IMG/VR virus record: IMGVR_UViG_3300036781_000230
Location: 1 to 64,000 of that record
Direction: 5' to 3' (one strand)
Source: a virus
DNA length: 64,000 bases
Position numbers and translations under genes: made by a program. Every line of letters starts with the position of its first letter. Within the stretch, counting starts at the first letter, position 1. The notes below the pieces were generated by a model, which saw only the letters and a list, made by a program, of their open reading frames with translations, ran no database searches and was not told where the DNA came from. Of the stretch, positions 27,571 through 37,449 are shown in pieces.

Positions 27571-28149
27571 ATGCGTAATTTTTTTAAGATTAGTGTCGTT
27601 GTGTTGTTTTTAGTCTCAGTAGCCTGGGCTATCAACTATGCAAATCAGTATAACACTCATCTACTTAATTCACTAGTAGATAACACGCCAATTGGACAGA
27701 GTCAAGCAGCGGCCGGTACATTTACTACTCTTAATGGAAGTTCTTCTACTATTAGCGGAAATCAAAACGTAGGAAGTTTTCAGATAGGTGGAGGAGCCCC
27801 AAACGGTCAAGTTTTGATGGGTAATGGAAGTACTTACATTCCTCAAAATATAGTTATTCCTCCAGCTGGAAGTCAAGTAGTTAGCACAACTATTACCGGT
27901 TGTTCTTTCGGCGGTTATAGCAATCTTAATTCCTGTGCTGGTACATTCTTTTGGACGACTCCTTTTGGTGATACTAATTATGATATAACGGGATGCATAG
28001 CAAATAGTAATAATGCTGCTTCTGTTATTGTAGCTCAGACTGGAACAAAACAAACGTATGGATTTTCGTACGTAGCAACTTTGATTATGATTAATGGCGC
28101 TGGAGGAGGATGGGCTCCTCAAATTACGTGCTCAGCTTACCACCACTAA
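27571..28149 (+). CDS. Tail-fibre-like protein with Sec signal peptide
   Basis: MRNFFKISVVVLFLVSVAWA|; NGQVL.GNG shaft repeat; WTTPFGDTNY C-terminal domain; 4 Cys. Confidence 0.75.
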   Translation: MRNFFKISVVVLFLVSVAWAINYANQYNTHLLNSLVDNTPIGQSQAAAGTFTTLNGSSSTISGNQNVGSFQIGGGAPNGQVLMGNGSTYIPQNIVIPPAGSQVVSTTITGCSFGGYSNLNSCAGTFFWTTPFGDTNYDITGCIANSNNAASVIVAQTGTKQTYGFSYVATLIMINGAGGGWAPQITCSAYHH

Positions 28150-28172
28150 TAGTTAGAAACCAGGAGATTTAG

Positions 28173-31100
28173 ATGAGAAAGTTTTTGCTGTATGCGGCCC
28201 TAGTGTTTACTCTGGTTTCGACTGTTTCAGCTCAGTATGTCCCCACTCCTAACATTGGTTTAGAAATTCCAGCGAATGGTTCTAATAATTGGAACATTCC
28301 TCTTAACTATAATTTTAATAGATTAGATCAATTGCTTAGTGGGCAATTGTCTCTTCCTGGTCTTAGTGTTAGTGGAAATGTGACAGTAACTGGATCTGTT
28401 ACAGCTAATAGCTTTATCGGCGCGGGTGGTGCTGGTCTTGCTACGGCTTCCATAGCTTCTCAGTGGAGTCCTGTATACTATTCTGCTTCTCCTACTGGAA
28501 ATTCTTTTGCTGGAGTTTCTCCTTTTACTGGACTAGCAAAATATAGCGCTACCGGACCACCTTCTTCTGCTGTACTATCAGATATTAATTCTTTACTTCT
28601 AACTGGAAGTAATTGCTCTACCACAGGTACTGTTTATTCTCCAAAAAGTGGATCGTGTGTTGTTGCTGGTGGAGTAGCTGCTGGAAGTACGCAAGATGTT
28701 CAATTCAATACTAATGGGGCTTTTGCGGCTGACACGAATTTCTTTGGATACACTCTTGGGTCTCATACTCTTAGTACGACTAATCAAGTCAACAGCACTC
28801 TCTTTAGCTCAAAGAGCACAAACGACATACTGAATTCAGATATGTTCTTGACCAGCCCTACGAGTAATGACGGTGTACCGAATGCATTCGCTAGTTCGTA
28901 TTGCTCACCTGGACCTTGCTTAGTTACACGAAATACCAACAGCGCTGACAACTATGACGTCGGAACGGCGTTTCCTCCAAGTGGCGACACACTTGTAGAT
29001 CACCAACTTGGGCGCGAAACTTACATCATCCATAATCCTCCTGCCATTTCTGCTCCTCATACAAATAGCCCCTACGATTGCAACGGATTCAATGCAGCAA
29101 CCTGCCACACAGTTTTGTTTGATACTGTTGACCCTACTGCCACTGTACAACCTACTAGTCGTCCGGGGGTGGAAAGTGCTTCAGCAGCATTCAATATGTG
29201 GAGTTGGAACTACGGAAATTGTCCAAACTGTGGAAATACGCAATGGGGACCAGCAGGGAGTATGGAAAGTTTGTATGCTGGTTTTAGCTCACAAGGTATT
29301 ACTCAAGTTCGAACATCTGATGTAGTCAAGCATGGAACAGGAGATTGGAGTTCTTTCTATGCCTATTTCTTCAGTGATGGCGGGCAACCCGACTACTCTG
29401 GAGAAGGCGGAAATAATGAAACGATTCAAGGTGGTGAAACCAGTGATTACGGACACTTTATCGTAGGATCTGGGGGAACTGCTAATACCATATCTCTTCC
29501 AATTGTTTACAATTCTGCATTTACTCCGTCCAGTATAAATCGCAATGCTACTAGTGGTGGCGGTTATATGATAGATATTACTCAAGGATCAATTACTGGA
29601 CATGTAACTGGAGTAGATCAGACTCTTCCTCAGAACGCTTATGTTGGAATACTTCCTATAGATACTTCAGTTACCCCTTCAACAGCATATGGAAACACAA
29701 CTTGTGAAATGCCTGTTCCTGTATCCACCAATCCAAATCTGTACGGTTCAATTACCTGTACAATTAGTAACATTGGAGGAAGTAATTCAGCAGGTTTCAC
29801 TACGGGGTTTGCGGAACTTTCAGGAGACTTTCCAGAGGGAGTAACTATTACATCTGCTCCAACTCCAGCATCAGGAGGTAGCCAGACGGTAACTTTTACC
29901 TACGTACATCCACATGGTTCTACTCAAACGATGCTGTGGCAGGGAAGTAATGTTATTGGAGATTTTTTAAGTTGGGATTACTACACTGGACTTAACTCTA
30001 TGAAATCTCCATTTCATGTGTATGGAGCTACTGACTCAACCCATATTGTAGCTCAACCTCGTTTTGGTGGAGTAGTTATAAATCCTTATAATGCTGGAGT
30101 AGTTCAAACTGTTTCTAGTTTGACTCAATCTGGAACTACTGTAACAGCGCTGATCTATCCATCTACTTCAATATCTGCGATGCAACCATTTAATAAACAA
30201 TCAGCAGTTATATCTGGTTGTTCTGACGCAGGATTTAATCAAACCGTAACTAATGTCACGCTTCATCCGGCTGCTTCTCCTAATCAGACAGTTACATGGA
30301 CTTCTCCGGGAACTGGTTCTACTTGCGCTACTGCTTCTATAACTCTAGTTCCGGCAACATTCGCTTTTCATTTGTATCCAGGCGCTGAGCAGTTTGGTCC
30401 TGCGATTGCAGCACCGGCTAATCTTCCTCTCCTCATAAATAATGTTAATTGGACTCCAGGCGATCTCATCGAAATGCCTCACCACTTCGACTGGTCTGGA
30501 ACTGATTTACGCACAACTTGGATTGTGAATAATGCGACAGCTGTATTTGGAGGAAACAGTAATGGCGCTGGACACACCTTTCAAGGTCCAGGAATCGGGG
30601 GTCAATTCAAACCATTCAATGTAGGTATCGCTAATCCATGCTCCTACTACGTAGGATGCGGGGGAAATATTCCTCCGGTTTACATGGTGATATTTGGAAC
30701 TGGTGGTAATCCTTCTAATGGCGGTGTCAACGGAGGAGGAATCAGATTAGGAGAAGCTCCTATAAACGGTGGAGCTGGTCTAAGTATTGGTTGTGCCGAT
30801 GCTGCTCTCGGAGGATGCTCAAGCATTGATCCAATTATCTTTCTCCAGACTAATGAAAACGCTCAAGGAATCTTTGAGTTTTTGCCTGGTCTTTCTTCAT
30901 GGGCACTCCCTAGTTTAACTGTAGGTCTTCCATCACCAAATTCACGGCCAGGATTAGGAACTATCACAGCAGGTAGTTATCACATTGCTGGATTCGAAGA
31001 TAATACTTTAGGACTTAATTTCTACGGATACGGTAGCACAGTACTCAACACTCTAGGATTCTGTAACCATAATTCCTTCACTTTTGCAATTTCGGTTGGA

Positions 31101-32078
31101 ACCTGCACGAATGGGTCAAGGTTATCTACGTCGGTGGGAGAACTGGATGCTGGAGTCCTGAGGGCTGATGCTTCGGCTAGTTTGGCGAGTATTTCTGTTG
31201 GATTAGTTCCCCCAGTTAAGGCTCCTACTCTGGTATATACTGGAACAACTGGAACTACAGAAAGAAATTACGGAGTTTCTGTAGTTAGTCCTCTTGGAGT
31301 AGAAGGTGCTCTCGGAGAATCGACATATGTGGAGAATACCGCATCAACTCTAGATGCTAGCGATTATGTAACGATCACATGCCCCACATCATTACAGCCA
31401 AACTATCCAACCGGAACCACCTACAATGTGTGGTCTAGTACAGGCACTCCCTATCCCCTTGGGAATTGTCCAGTCGGCGGATCGATTGTTGATAATGGGA
31501 CACACAGTGCAGGAACTTATCCAACTCAATTTGCCAACATGACGGCTTTGGCCCTACAGTGGCAAGTAGAACTCGGAGGAGCTCTAGGATTCTGGAACTC
31601 TAATACAACTGGTAAAGCTCTAGACGTCTATATCAATAGACTTAGCGCTAACACTATAGGAATTGGTTCGACCCCAGGAACGAGTCATAACGGCAGTTTT
31701 GAAGCAGCTACTATTACTGCTGATACTGGTTTTGCTGGAAGCGGATCGGCTCTTACTAATATTAATGCTGTAAAAGTTAATGGGGGTTCTCTTCCTACTT
31801 CCACTCCATATCTTGCCACTAACGGCACTGGTCAAGTAATTGCTTCAACCAATATTCCCGTTAGATATGTTGGGACAATAACTTCAGTTGCTGGAACTAG
31901 TGATACCCTATCTGTCACTGGTTTAACAACCTCGAATCATTGTTCTATACAATTTACAAACTCAGGATCAGCTGCTCTTACTGGGGATTTTGTTTCAGTA
32001 GGTACCGGCTCATTAACGTGGAATCATTCACTATCTGTAGGCGGTGAGACGGTGGATGCTTTCTGCAATATTCCTTAA
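28173..32078 (+). CDS. 1301-aa tail fibre / receptor-binding protein with Sec signal peptide
   Basis: MRKFLLYAALVFTLVSTVSA|Q followed by TPNIGLEIP..W..LN.NF.RLD; G/S/T rich; 22 Cys by hand count. Confidence 0.8.
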   Translation: MRKFLLYAALVFTLVSTVSAQYVPTPNIGLEIPANGSNNWNIPLNYNFNRLDQLLSGQLSLPGLSVSGNVTVTGSVTANSFIGAGGAGLATASIASQWSPVYYSASPTGNSFAGVSPFTGLAKYSATGPPSSAVLSDINSLLLTGSNCSTTGTVYSPKSGSCVVAGGVAAGSTQDVQFNTNGAFAADTNFFGYTLGSHTLSTTNQVNSTLFSSKSTNDILNSDMFLTSPTSNDGVPNAFASSYCSPGPCLVTRNTNSADNYDVGTAFPPSGDTLVDHQLGRETYIIHNPPAISAPHTNSPYDCNGFNAATCHTVLFDTVDPTATVQPTSRPGVESASAAFNMWSWNYGNCPNCGNTQWGPAGSMESLYAGFSSQGITQVRTSDVVKHGTGDWSSFYAYFFSDGGQPDYSGEGGNNETIQGGETSDYGHFIVGSGGTANTISLPIVYNSAFTPSSINRNATSGGGYMIDITQGSITGHVTGVDQTLPQNAYVGILPIDTSVTPSTAYGNTTCEMPVPVSTNPNLYGSITCTISNIGGSNSAGFTTGFAELSGDFPEGVTITSAPTPASGGSQTVTFTYVHPHGSTQTMLWQGSNVIGDFLSWDYYTGLNSMKSPFHVYGATDSTHIVAQPRFGGVVINPYNAGVVQTVSSLTQSGTTVTALIYPSTSISAMQPFNKQSAVISGCSDAGFNQTVTNVTLHPAASPNQTVTWTSPGTGSTCATASITLVPATFAFHLYPGAEQFGPAIAAPANLPLLINNVNWTPGDLIEMPHHFDWSGTDLRTTWIVNNATAVFGGNSNGAGHTFQGPGIGGQFKPFNVGIANPCSYYVGCGGNIPPVYMVIFGTGGNPSNGGVNGGGIRLGEAPINGGAGLSIGCADAALGGCSSIDPIIFLQTNENAQGIFEFLPGLSSWALPSLTVGLPSPNSRPGLGTITAGSYHIAGFEDNTLGLNFYGYGSTVLNTLGFCNHNSFTFAISVGTCTNGSRLSTSVGELDAGVLRADASASLASISVGLVPPVKAPTLVYTGTTGTTERNYGVSVVSPLGVEGALGESTYVENTASTLDASDYVTITCPTSLQPNYPTGTTYNVWSSTGTPYPLGNCPVGGSIVDNGTHSAGTYPTQFANMTALALQWQVELGGALGFWNSNTTGKALDVYINRLSANTIGIGSTPGTSHNGSFEAATITADTGFAGSGSALTNINAVKVNGGSLPTSTPYLATNGTGQVIASTNIPVRYVGTITSVAGTSDTLSVTGLTTSNHCSIQFTNSGSAALTGDFVSVGTGSLTWNHSLSVGGETVDAFCNIP

Positions 32079-32082
32079 AAGA

Positions 32083-32201
32083 TTTACGCTCAGACCTCAA
32101 TAAAGCGTAAATAGGGCGAAGATATTCTTCGACCCAATCTCCTAATCAGAGAGAATCAAGGCAGATGGGAAGTCATTCGTGAGGATGGCTTCCCGATTTT
32201 T
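32083..32201 (+). terminator. Three hairpins plus an intrinsic terminator before the lysis cassette
   Basis: atttacgct/agcgtaaat; gggcgaag/cttcgaccc; tctc/gaga; gggaagtcattc-gtga-ggatggcttccc-gattttt. Confidence 0.65.
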
Positions 32202-32232
32202 CTTCACTTTTAAAAGTATTGGGGAATAAGAA

Positions 32233-32580
32233 ATGATCAGAAGCATTCAACGAAACGGCCTGCTTTATATTCGATGCATGCTTTTGCTAACTTTTTTGTA
32301 CATAGCTCTATCTGGTAATTATCCTCCGGCTCACGCTCAAGTTCCTACTCAGAGTTTTATACCGGTTATTAGTCAGGCTGATCCAGTTCAAAATGAGCAG
32401 ATTTTAGAGTTGAATCGACATCTAGATAATACAGATAAAATAGTAGCTCAGCAAGAAACTGAAATTTCTAGTGTTAGAAATGACTACAGCCGAGGATACG
32501 GCATGGTCCAGGGATTTGGATGGCTTCTCACTTTTTTAGTTACTGCTAGCATTACAATTCAGGTTAGAAAGAAGGCATAA
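32233..32580 (+). CDS. Lysis-region membrane protein (signal/TM, coiled coil, C-terminal TM)
   Basis: LLLTFLYIALS..PPAHA|Q; C-terminal hydrophobic stretch then RKKA. Confidence 0.6.
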   Translation: MIRSIQRNGLLYIRCMLLLTFLYIALSGNYPPAHAQVPTQSFIPVISQADPVQNEQILELNRHLDNTDKIVAQQETEISSVRNDYSRGYGMVQGFGWLLTFLVTASITIQVRKKA

Positions 32581-32876
32581 TGATTTCCGAAATTAGTTTC
32601 GGTATCATGAGTATTTTCTATCATCTTTGTGTTGTCATTTCCTGTGCTTCTTTAGTGGCTAACTTTCTCCCCAGCGCCAGACTACTTAATCACTATCCTA
32701 AAGTTAAAGCTATTTATCTTCTAATAGTTGACTGGATAGCTTTACTTGCTCTAAATTTTAGAGCCGATCTTCCCTCTTTGGATAAAGAAATTTTAGGATT
32801 TAAACGTAGATTCAGACACGCCTACAGAAACTGGAAACAAAGTAGACAGGATACTGTAGTTAGAAAAGGAATATAA
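32580..32876 (+). CDS. Holin-like membrane protein
   Basis: Two hydrophobic segments, basic C-terminus; precedes the endolysin. Confidence 0.5.
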   Translation: MISEISFGIMSIFYHLCVVISCASLVANFLPSARLLNHYPKVKAIYLLIVDWIALLALNFRADLPSLDKEILGFKRRFRHAYRNWKQSRQDTVVRKGI

Positions 32877-32878
32877 CT

Positions 32879-33424
32879 GTGATTGACCTAGACGCTGTAG
32901 TTCTATTTGTAATTAAACAAGAAGACTCAACTCTATCTGGAATAATTACGAATGATCCACTAGATAACGGTGGAACTACTAGATATGGGTTAACTCAGAA
33001 ATTTCACTCCGAACTAAAGCGGCAAGGATTTTTTGATAGAGGAGTTGTTCCTGCTGATCGTGCGCTGATAATGGCCCAACAGGCATATCAATCTCAATAT
33101 GCACAACCTCTAATGTTGACGTCATTTAACTCTCAAGCCATAGCTACCGCCATGCTTTCATTCGCTGTAGTTGAAGGTAATCACGTTGCTGTAAAATGTC
33201 TTCAGACTTCAGTAACTAAATGTGGAATACCCATAACTGTAGATGGACTATTAGGTCATGCTACAGTAGATGGAGCAAATACTATTGATCAGACTTCACT
33301 TCTTCAAGAGTGGATCAATCAAGAGAATACCTACTTTGAAACTATAGTAGAGCACAATTCGAGTCAGCAACGATTTTTAAAAGGCTGGGAAGCCCGGGCT
33401 GAAAAACTTAAAACACTTCTGTAG
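32879..33424 (+). CDS. Endolysin, GH108-like with peptidoglycan-binding domain
   Basis: QED..SG..NDPLDNGGTTRYGLT; VDG.LG..T; Q.RFLKGW..R. Confidence 0.85.
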   Translation: MIDLDAVVLFVIKQEDSTLSGIITNDPLDNGGTTRYGLTQKFHSELKRQGFFDRGVVPADRALIMAQQAYQSQYAQPLMLTSFNSQAIATAMLSFAVVEGNHVAVKCLQTSVTKCGIPITVDGLLGHATVDGANTIDQTSLLQEWINQENTYFETIVEHNSSQQRFLKGWEARAEKLKTLL

Positions 33425-33432
33425 GAGTCATT

Positions 33433-33744
33433 ATGCATTATACTGCTTTCCAAATTTCTCTGTTTATGGTTCTGATCATCTTTGCTATAATGATTATCAG
33501 AGGTAAGACCGATCTTCCCCAGTTCATCGGTGCAATCAATAGTGTCGGCTCTCAGCCTACAGCCATAACTGTAATGATGATTGGTTGTATAATGCTGGTC
33601 ATGTGTAAGATATACGGTTTGGATTCAACTATCGCTGGCGGTATTATCGGAGTAGCTTCTAATATGTTAACTAACATGTTTGTGAAGACCCATACCGATA
33701 ATGCTGGTAATAAGAGCCAGGATTCAGAAATCCCAAAAGTGTAA
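33433..33744 (+). CDS. Holin-like protein (up to 3 TM)
   Basis: Hydrophobic segments; adjacent to the endolysin. Confidence 0.55.
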   Translation: MHYTAFQISLFMVLIIFAIMIIRGKTDLPQFIGAINSVGSQPTAITVMMIGCIMLVMCKIYGLDSTIAGGIIGVASNMLTNMFVKTHTDNAGNKSQDSEIPKV

Positions 33745-33785
33745 ATCAACCTTTAACGCTTTATCAACCAGAGAAAGAGAGTATC

Positions 33786-34196
33786 ATGTCTAACCCAGTC
33801 ATTACATTCTTTGAAAAGATCGGTTCTAAGCTCGCCAGCATGTTCAAGAAGGCTCCATCCATAGAAGTACAGGTTTCTTCAGCCATTAACTACTGCGCTC
33901 CCTTTGTTGAAGAACTCGACACCTTGGTTGATCCCACATTGGCTCCTATCATCAACCCCATCATCGATAAGGTTAAAACTGGACTCGCTGCTCTTGCGGT
34001 GACTATTCAGCAAGCAAGTACCCCTACTGGTCAAACCAATCTTCAGAGTATTTTCTCTTCGCTGAAGAGCAATCTCTCTTCGTTGGAGTCTGCTGCTCAA
34101 GTTAAGAATCCTGAGAATGCAGCTAAATTCTCTCAGATTGTTAACTTGATTATCGGAGAAATTTCCGCAATCTCAACCTCTGTAATCAAGGCTTAG
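33786..34196 (+). CDS. Amphipathic helical protein in the lysis cassette
   Basis: ORF with GC-shifted codons. Confidence 0.6.
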   Translation: MSNPVITFFEKIGSKLASMFKKAPSIEVQVSSAINYCAPFVEELDTLVDPTLAPIINPIIDKVKTGLAALAVTIQQASTPTGQTNLQSIFSSLKSNLSSLESAAQVKNPENAAKFSQIVNLIIGEISAISTSVIKA

Positions 34197-34216
34197 TTTA
34201 CTAAAGGAGATATCTG

Positions 34217-34891
34217 GTGGCAAAGTTACTCACTATCGCAAAGGTCGTGGCTCTCATTGCCATCAGTTTCTTCTTTGTGGAAGCTGGTCTATTCTTTAAG
34301 AATGGTATTATTTCTCTAGACAATACTTTAGTCTCCATTAATACAGCAACTGATTCTATATCAAAAGATTCCATTAAGCTTGGACAGACTCTTGATATGA
34401 TCAACAATCCAGACCCTCGACTCGGAACTATTAAACTAGTGAACAAAGATCTGGTTAATTTAAAAGATACACTAGTTCTAATAAACATGAGCGCTAAGAC
34501 CTTCAGCGATACGTCAAGAACCCAAGCTCTATACGCTCAGAAGTGGGACGGTCAAATCACCGACACTCTAGGAAATGTGAATAAAATTGCAGTCACAGCT
34601 AATCAGAGTATATCAGATACTTCTTTAGCACTACAATCTTCTGTGGTAGCTATAAAGCCTGTTCTTCAACAGACGACTTCTACTTTAGTCGCCACTGAGA
34701 AACTTATAAGTAATCCTGAAGTTGTTGAAACTATTCACAATCTCAACACTAGTAGTAAGGCCTTATCTGGAATAACCACAGACACTGAGACTTGGTGGCA
34801 CAATACTCTCTATCCTAAGTGGCCAAGAAGAGTAATGAATGTCTTAACTAATCAGAGCATGACAGCAATTAAGTGGTTCACGGGGAATTAA
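34217..34891 (+). CDS. N-terminally anchored coiled-coil protein (spanin-like candidate)
   Basis: N-terminal TM then a long heptad-like region; last gene of the operon. Confidence 0.55.
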   Translation: MAKLLTIAKVVALIAISFFFVEAGLFFKNGIISLDNTLVSINTATDSISKDSIKLGQTLDMINNPDPRLGTIKLVNKDLVNLKDTLVLINMSAKTFSDTSRTQALYAQKWDGQITDTLGNVNKIAVTANQSISDTSLALQSSVVAIKPVLQQTTSTLVATEKLISNPEVVETIHNLNTSSKALSGITTDTETWWHNTLYPKWPRRVMNVLTNQSMTAIKWFTGN

Positions 34892-34898
34892 GGATGAT

Positions 34899-34991
34899 GT
34901 GCAAAATTTGCGTGATAATTTACATTATTACGGTATGCATATTTATCCTTAGATAACCCAGGTTTCTCTAGTATACACTTTAAATTACTAG
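34899..34991. repeat. 42-bp dyad, copy 4, with phased tail
   Basis: GTGCAA-N30-ATGCAT at 34899-34940, then ..aacCCAGGtttctCTAG.. Confidence 0.75.
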
Positions 34992-35012
34992 TTTTTATCA
35001 TTATATGCCATC

Positions 35013-35051
35013 GCCCGTACCCTTATCTCATCAATAAGGGTACGGGCTTTT
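35013..35051 (+). terminator. Intrinsic terminator at the convergent junction
   Basis: gcccgtacccttat-N7-ataagggtacgggc-tttt. Confidence 0.85.
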
Positions 35052-35063
35052 GGTGTTTAAGAA

Positions 35064-35321
35064 CTAGTGTTTAACTAGTGGACTTAAGGGTCTCTGTTTA
35101 GCTTTTACTTTTAACATGTTAGCTGAGATTACTTTCTCAACCATATTATTCACGTGTCGAATGGCTCTTTCACGGCTTGAGAAAGGTTTTCCTGGAACTC
35201 TATCTTTTCCCATAGTTATGAACCATTCGTCCTTGTCTTTTACTTTTCTAATCTCAACTACTTCTCCATCAAATATAGCAGTAGAGAGTTCTGGATTCAC
35301 GTGTTTGAATAGGATTACCAA
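35064..35321 (-). CDS. Hypothetical protein
   Basis: ORF at the end of the minus-strand operon. Confidence 0.55.
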   Translation of the reverse strand: MVILFKHVNPELSTAIFDGEVVEIRKVKDKDEWFITMGKDRVPGKPFSSRERAIRHVNNMVEKVISANMLKVKAKQRPLSPLVKH

Positions 35322-35339
35322 GGTCTTATCTCCGAGATA

Positions 35340-35768
35340 TTAAATGTGACGTGATTCTAATGTAGTTAAATTACCAGGCTGGGCGATAATACCTTTGATA
35401 TCAGGAGCTACATAATCAGGGCCTTTAGGAGTTTTTGTCCCGTATTTCTTGCCCTTTGTAGCTTTTACCGGAGTCTTAGTCATATTAGACCGATGAACTT
35501 CAGTAAAAATTCTATCGATAGGAATACCGTAGGAGATCATAGTACCAACCAACACATAAATAAGATCAGCGCAGCCATCAGCCATTTCAACAAGATCATT
35601 GCGAAGAAATGCTGTGAAGAATTCATTAAACTCTTCCATTATCAAATCTGATCTAAGTTGTTTTACCTCACTAGGAACTTCATGATTAGGTTGACTACTT
35701 TTCATGTGACCGTACTTTTCGTGAAACTCAAGAACAGCTTTCTCCATGGTTAACTGAGAGACGAGCAT
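35340..35768 (-). CDS. All-alpha NTP pyrophosphohydrolase (MazG/HisE superfamily); candidate dCTPase/dUTPase
   Basis: LIMEEFNE, EMADGCADLIYV..G, EVHRSNMTK, KGPDY..PD. Confidence 0.85.
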   Translation of the reverse strand: MLVSQLTMEKAVLEFHEKYGHMKSSQPNHEVPSEVKQLRSDLIMEEFNEFFTAFLRNDLVEMADGCADLIYVLVGTMISYGIPIDRIFTEVHRSNMTKTPVKATKGKKYGTKTPKGPDYVAPDIKGIIAQPGNLTTLESRHI

Positions 35769-36219
35769 GGACTTCCTTTCTATGGTTAATCATCAATTGA
35801 ACTACTCTATTACTTCCATATCCTACCTGAAGTATGTCTGCGCTATTAAGCCATGGAATTTTAGCTAATGGATTATTAGGACGAAGTTGTTCAACATTAT
35901 CCATAGTAAGAATAGCTGTTTTTCTTATTTCCGGATAATAAATAGCATAAAGAACTAATGTATGTCTACTTATCAGTTTACAAACTTCGTATTGTCTTAT
36001 ATCCTTTTTGATAACTTTCCAAGGTTGAATGTAGTGAAAACCTTCAGCTAAAGTATATTCATCTCCTATTTTAGTCTCTATATATGTAGCTATTCCTGTT
36101 AGGAGATGAATGTAGTCTGGGAGACCTAGAGTAGAGCGATCACTTATCTTAAAGATTTTTCCTCCCATTTTTCTTTCTATGTCACTTGAGAGCGCTCCAC
36201 CAAAGGTTGCTTCTAGCAT
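35728..36219 (-). CDS. PD-(D/E)XK / VRR-NUC-like nuclease
   Basis: K.SD....GLPD....YIETK. Confidence 0.7.
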   Translation of the reverse strand: MLEATFGGALSSDIERKMGGKIFKISDRSTLGLPDYIHLLTGIATYIETKIGDEYTLAEGFHYIQPWKVIKKDIRQYEVCKLISRHTLVLYAIYYPEIRKTAILTMDNVEQLRPNNPLAKIPWLNSADILQVGYGSNRVVQLMINHRKEVHARLSVNHGESCS

Positions 36220-36233
36220 CTTACCTCCTAGTA

Positions 36234-37235
36234 TTATTTCTTGATGAGTCTTTCAATCATCGTTTTCACGTGCTCTTTAGAAGATATGTTCTGATCAAGC
36301 CATATTTTCTGTCGTTCAACAATATCAAGATATTGCTTTTCAGTTTCGATATCCTCAAATTTACTAGGCTCACCTTGAAAAGCAACGCCCATAACTGCGG
36401 CATCCTTCGGATCTGAGTATATGATACTCTCAGCCCAAGCAGCGTTAAGATATCGAGTTCTCCACCATCCTGATCCAGCAGATGGATAGCCAGTAGATAA
36501 GACTCCATAGCTATCAGCAAACAATCGAACAGTGTTACTTTCATTAAGAATCTGAGTTCCTACCATTCGTTTGTTTCCGACGTATAGAACTGGAATCTTA
36601 AAATTCTGTTTCTTCACCCATCGAGTGTGATCTGATAGCGCAGCCATTACCCACTGCCTCTTTTTCTCAAAAGGGGACGGAACTTCTACTGTAGGATACT
36701 TCAGCCATCGACTAGGGTCAACCGTAATGAGTTTAGCTGAGTAATTCTCTCTCATGAGAAATTTATGATCTCCCCAAGGAAACATAGGAGCGAGCATTGG
36801 AGCATTATTTCCTTCACTCGCTTCCATCATCATTTCGAGAGATTCTCGAGTTTTTTCGAGTATCTCAGATTGGTAAGGAAAGTTCTTATAACTTAGATAT
36901 TTTCCCCAGCGCTCAAGAGCATATTTTACAGAATCTCCGTATCCACAGAAACTCCAATCATCAGCATAAACAGCGTGACGACCTCTCATCTGATCCATCG
37001 CATAATGAGTCTCTGGTACACGGCCAGAAGTCATCGAACTAAGTGGAGCAACTCCACAAAAAGCAAAGTCATAAATCGTTGGAAGTTCTTCTCCAATTTT
37101 TACTTTCTTTCGATGTACTACGTGTCCCATAGAGATTAGAATTTCTTCCAGGAGATATGAGAAAGTTATATAGTCTCCCTGTACTCGATCACTACCGAAC
37201 ATTCGAGTAGTGTATCCGGTAATTAAAATCCTCAT
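36234..37235 (-). CDS. Putative DNA glycosyltransferase (GT-B, T4 BGT-like)
   Basis: MRILITG...MGH.V Rossmann start, DDW, YP..GSGWWR.RY; located in the nucleotide-modification operon. Confidence 0.6.
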   Translation of the reverse strand: MRILITGYTTRMFGSDRVQGDYITFSYLLEEILISMGHVVHRKKVKIGEELPTIYDFAFCGVAPLSSMTSGRVPETHYAMDQMRGRHAVYADDWSFCGYGDSVKYALERWGKYLSYKNFPYQSEILEKTRESLEMMMEASEGNNAPMLAPMFPWGDHKFLMRENYSAKLITVDPSRWLKYPTVEVPSPFEKKRQWVMAALSDHTRWVKKQNFKIPVLYVGNKRMVGTQILNESNTVRLFADSYGVLSTGYPSAGSGWWRTRYLNAAWAESIIYSDPKDAAVMGVAFQGEPSKFEDIETEKQYLDIVERQKIWLDQNISSKEHVKTMIERLIKK

Positions 37236-37447
37236 GCTTTAGCCTCCACCTTAAGTTCAGGTATATATTTCTCAATTCTATTGGTGATAACTACTCCACA
37301 TTCTTCCCATGTGGATCTGTAGTTCTGTTTAGATTTAACTAAAAATTTAACATCTTTCTCAGCTACGCTAAGACTTCCCAATTTTTCATTAAGATGTCTA
37401 GCTACTATTTCTCTTAGTTCTTTTTCGGTTAATTCTACTGTAACCAT
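37232..37447 (-). CDS. Hypothetical protein
   Basis: Start moved to MVTVELTEKE; VKSKQNYRS.WE motif. Confidence 0.55.
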   Translation of the reverse strand: MVTVELTEKELREIVARHLNEKLGSLSVAEKDVKFLVKSKQNYRSTWEECGVVITNRIEKYIPELKVEAKA

Positions 37448-37449
37448 CA

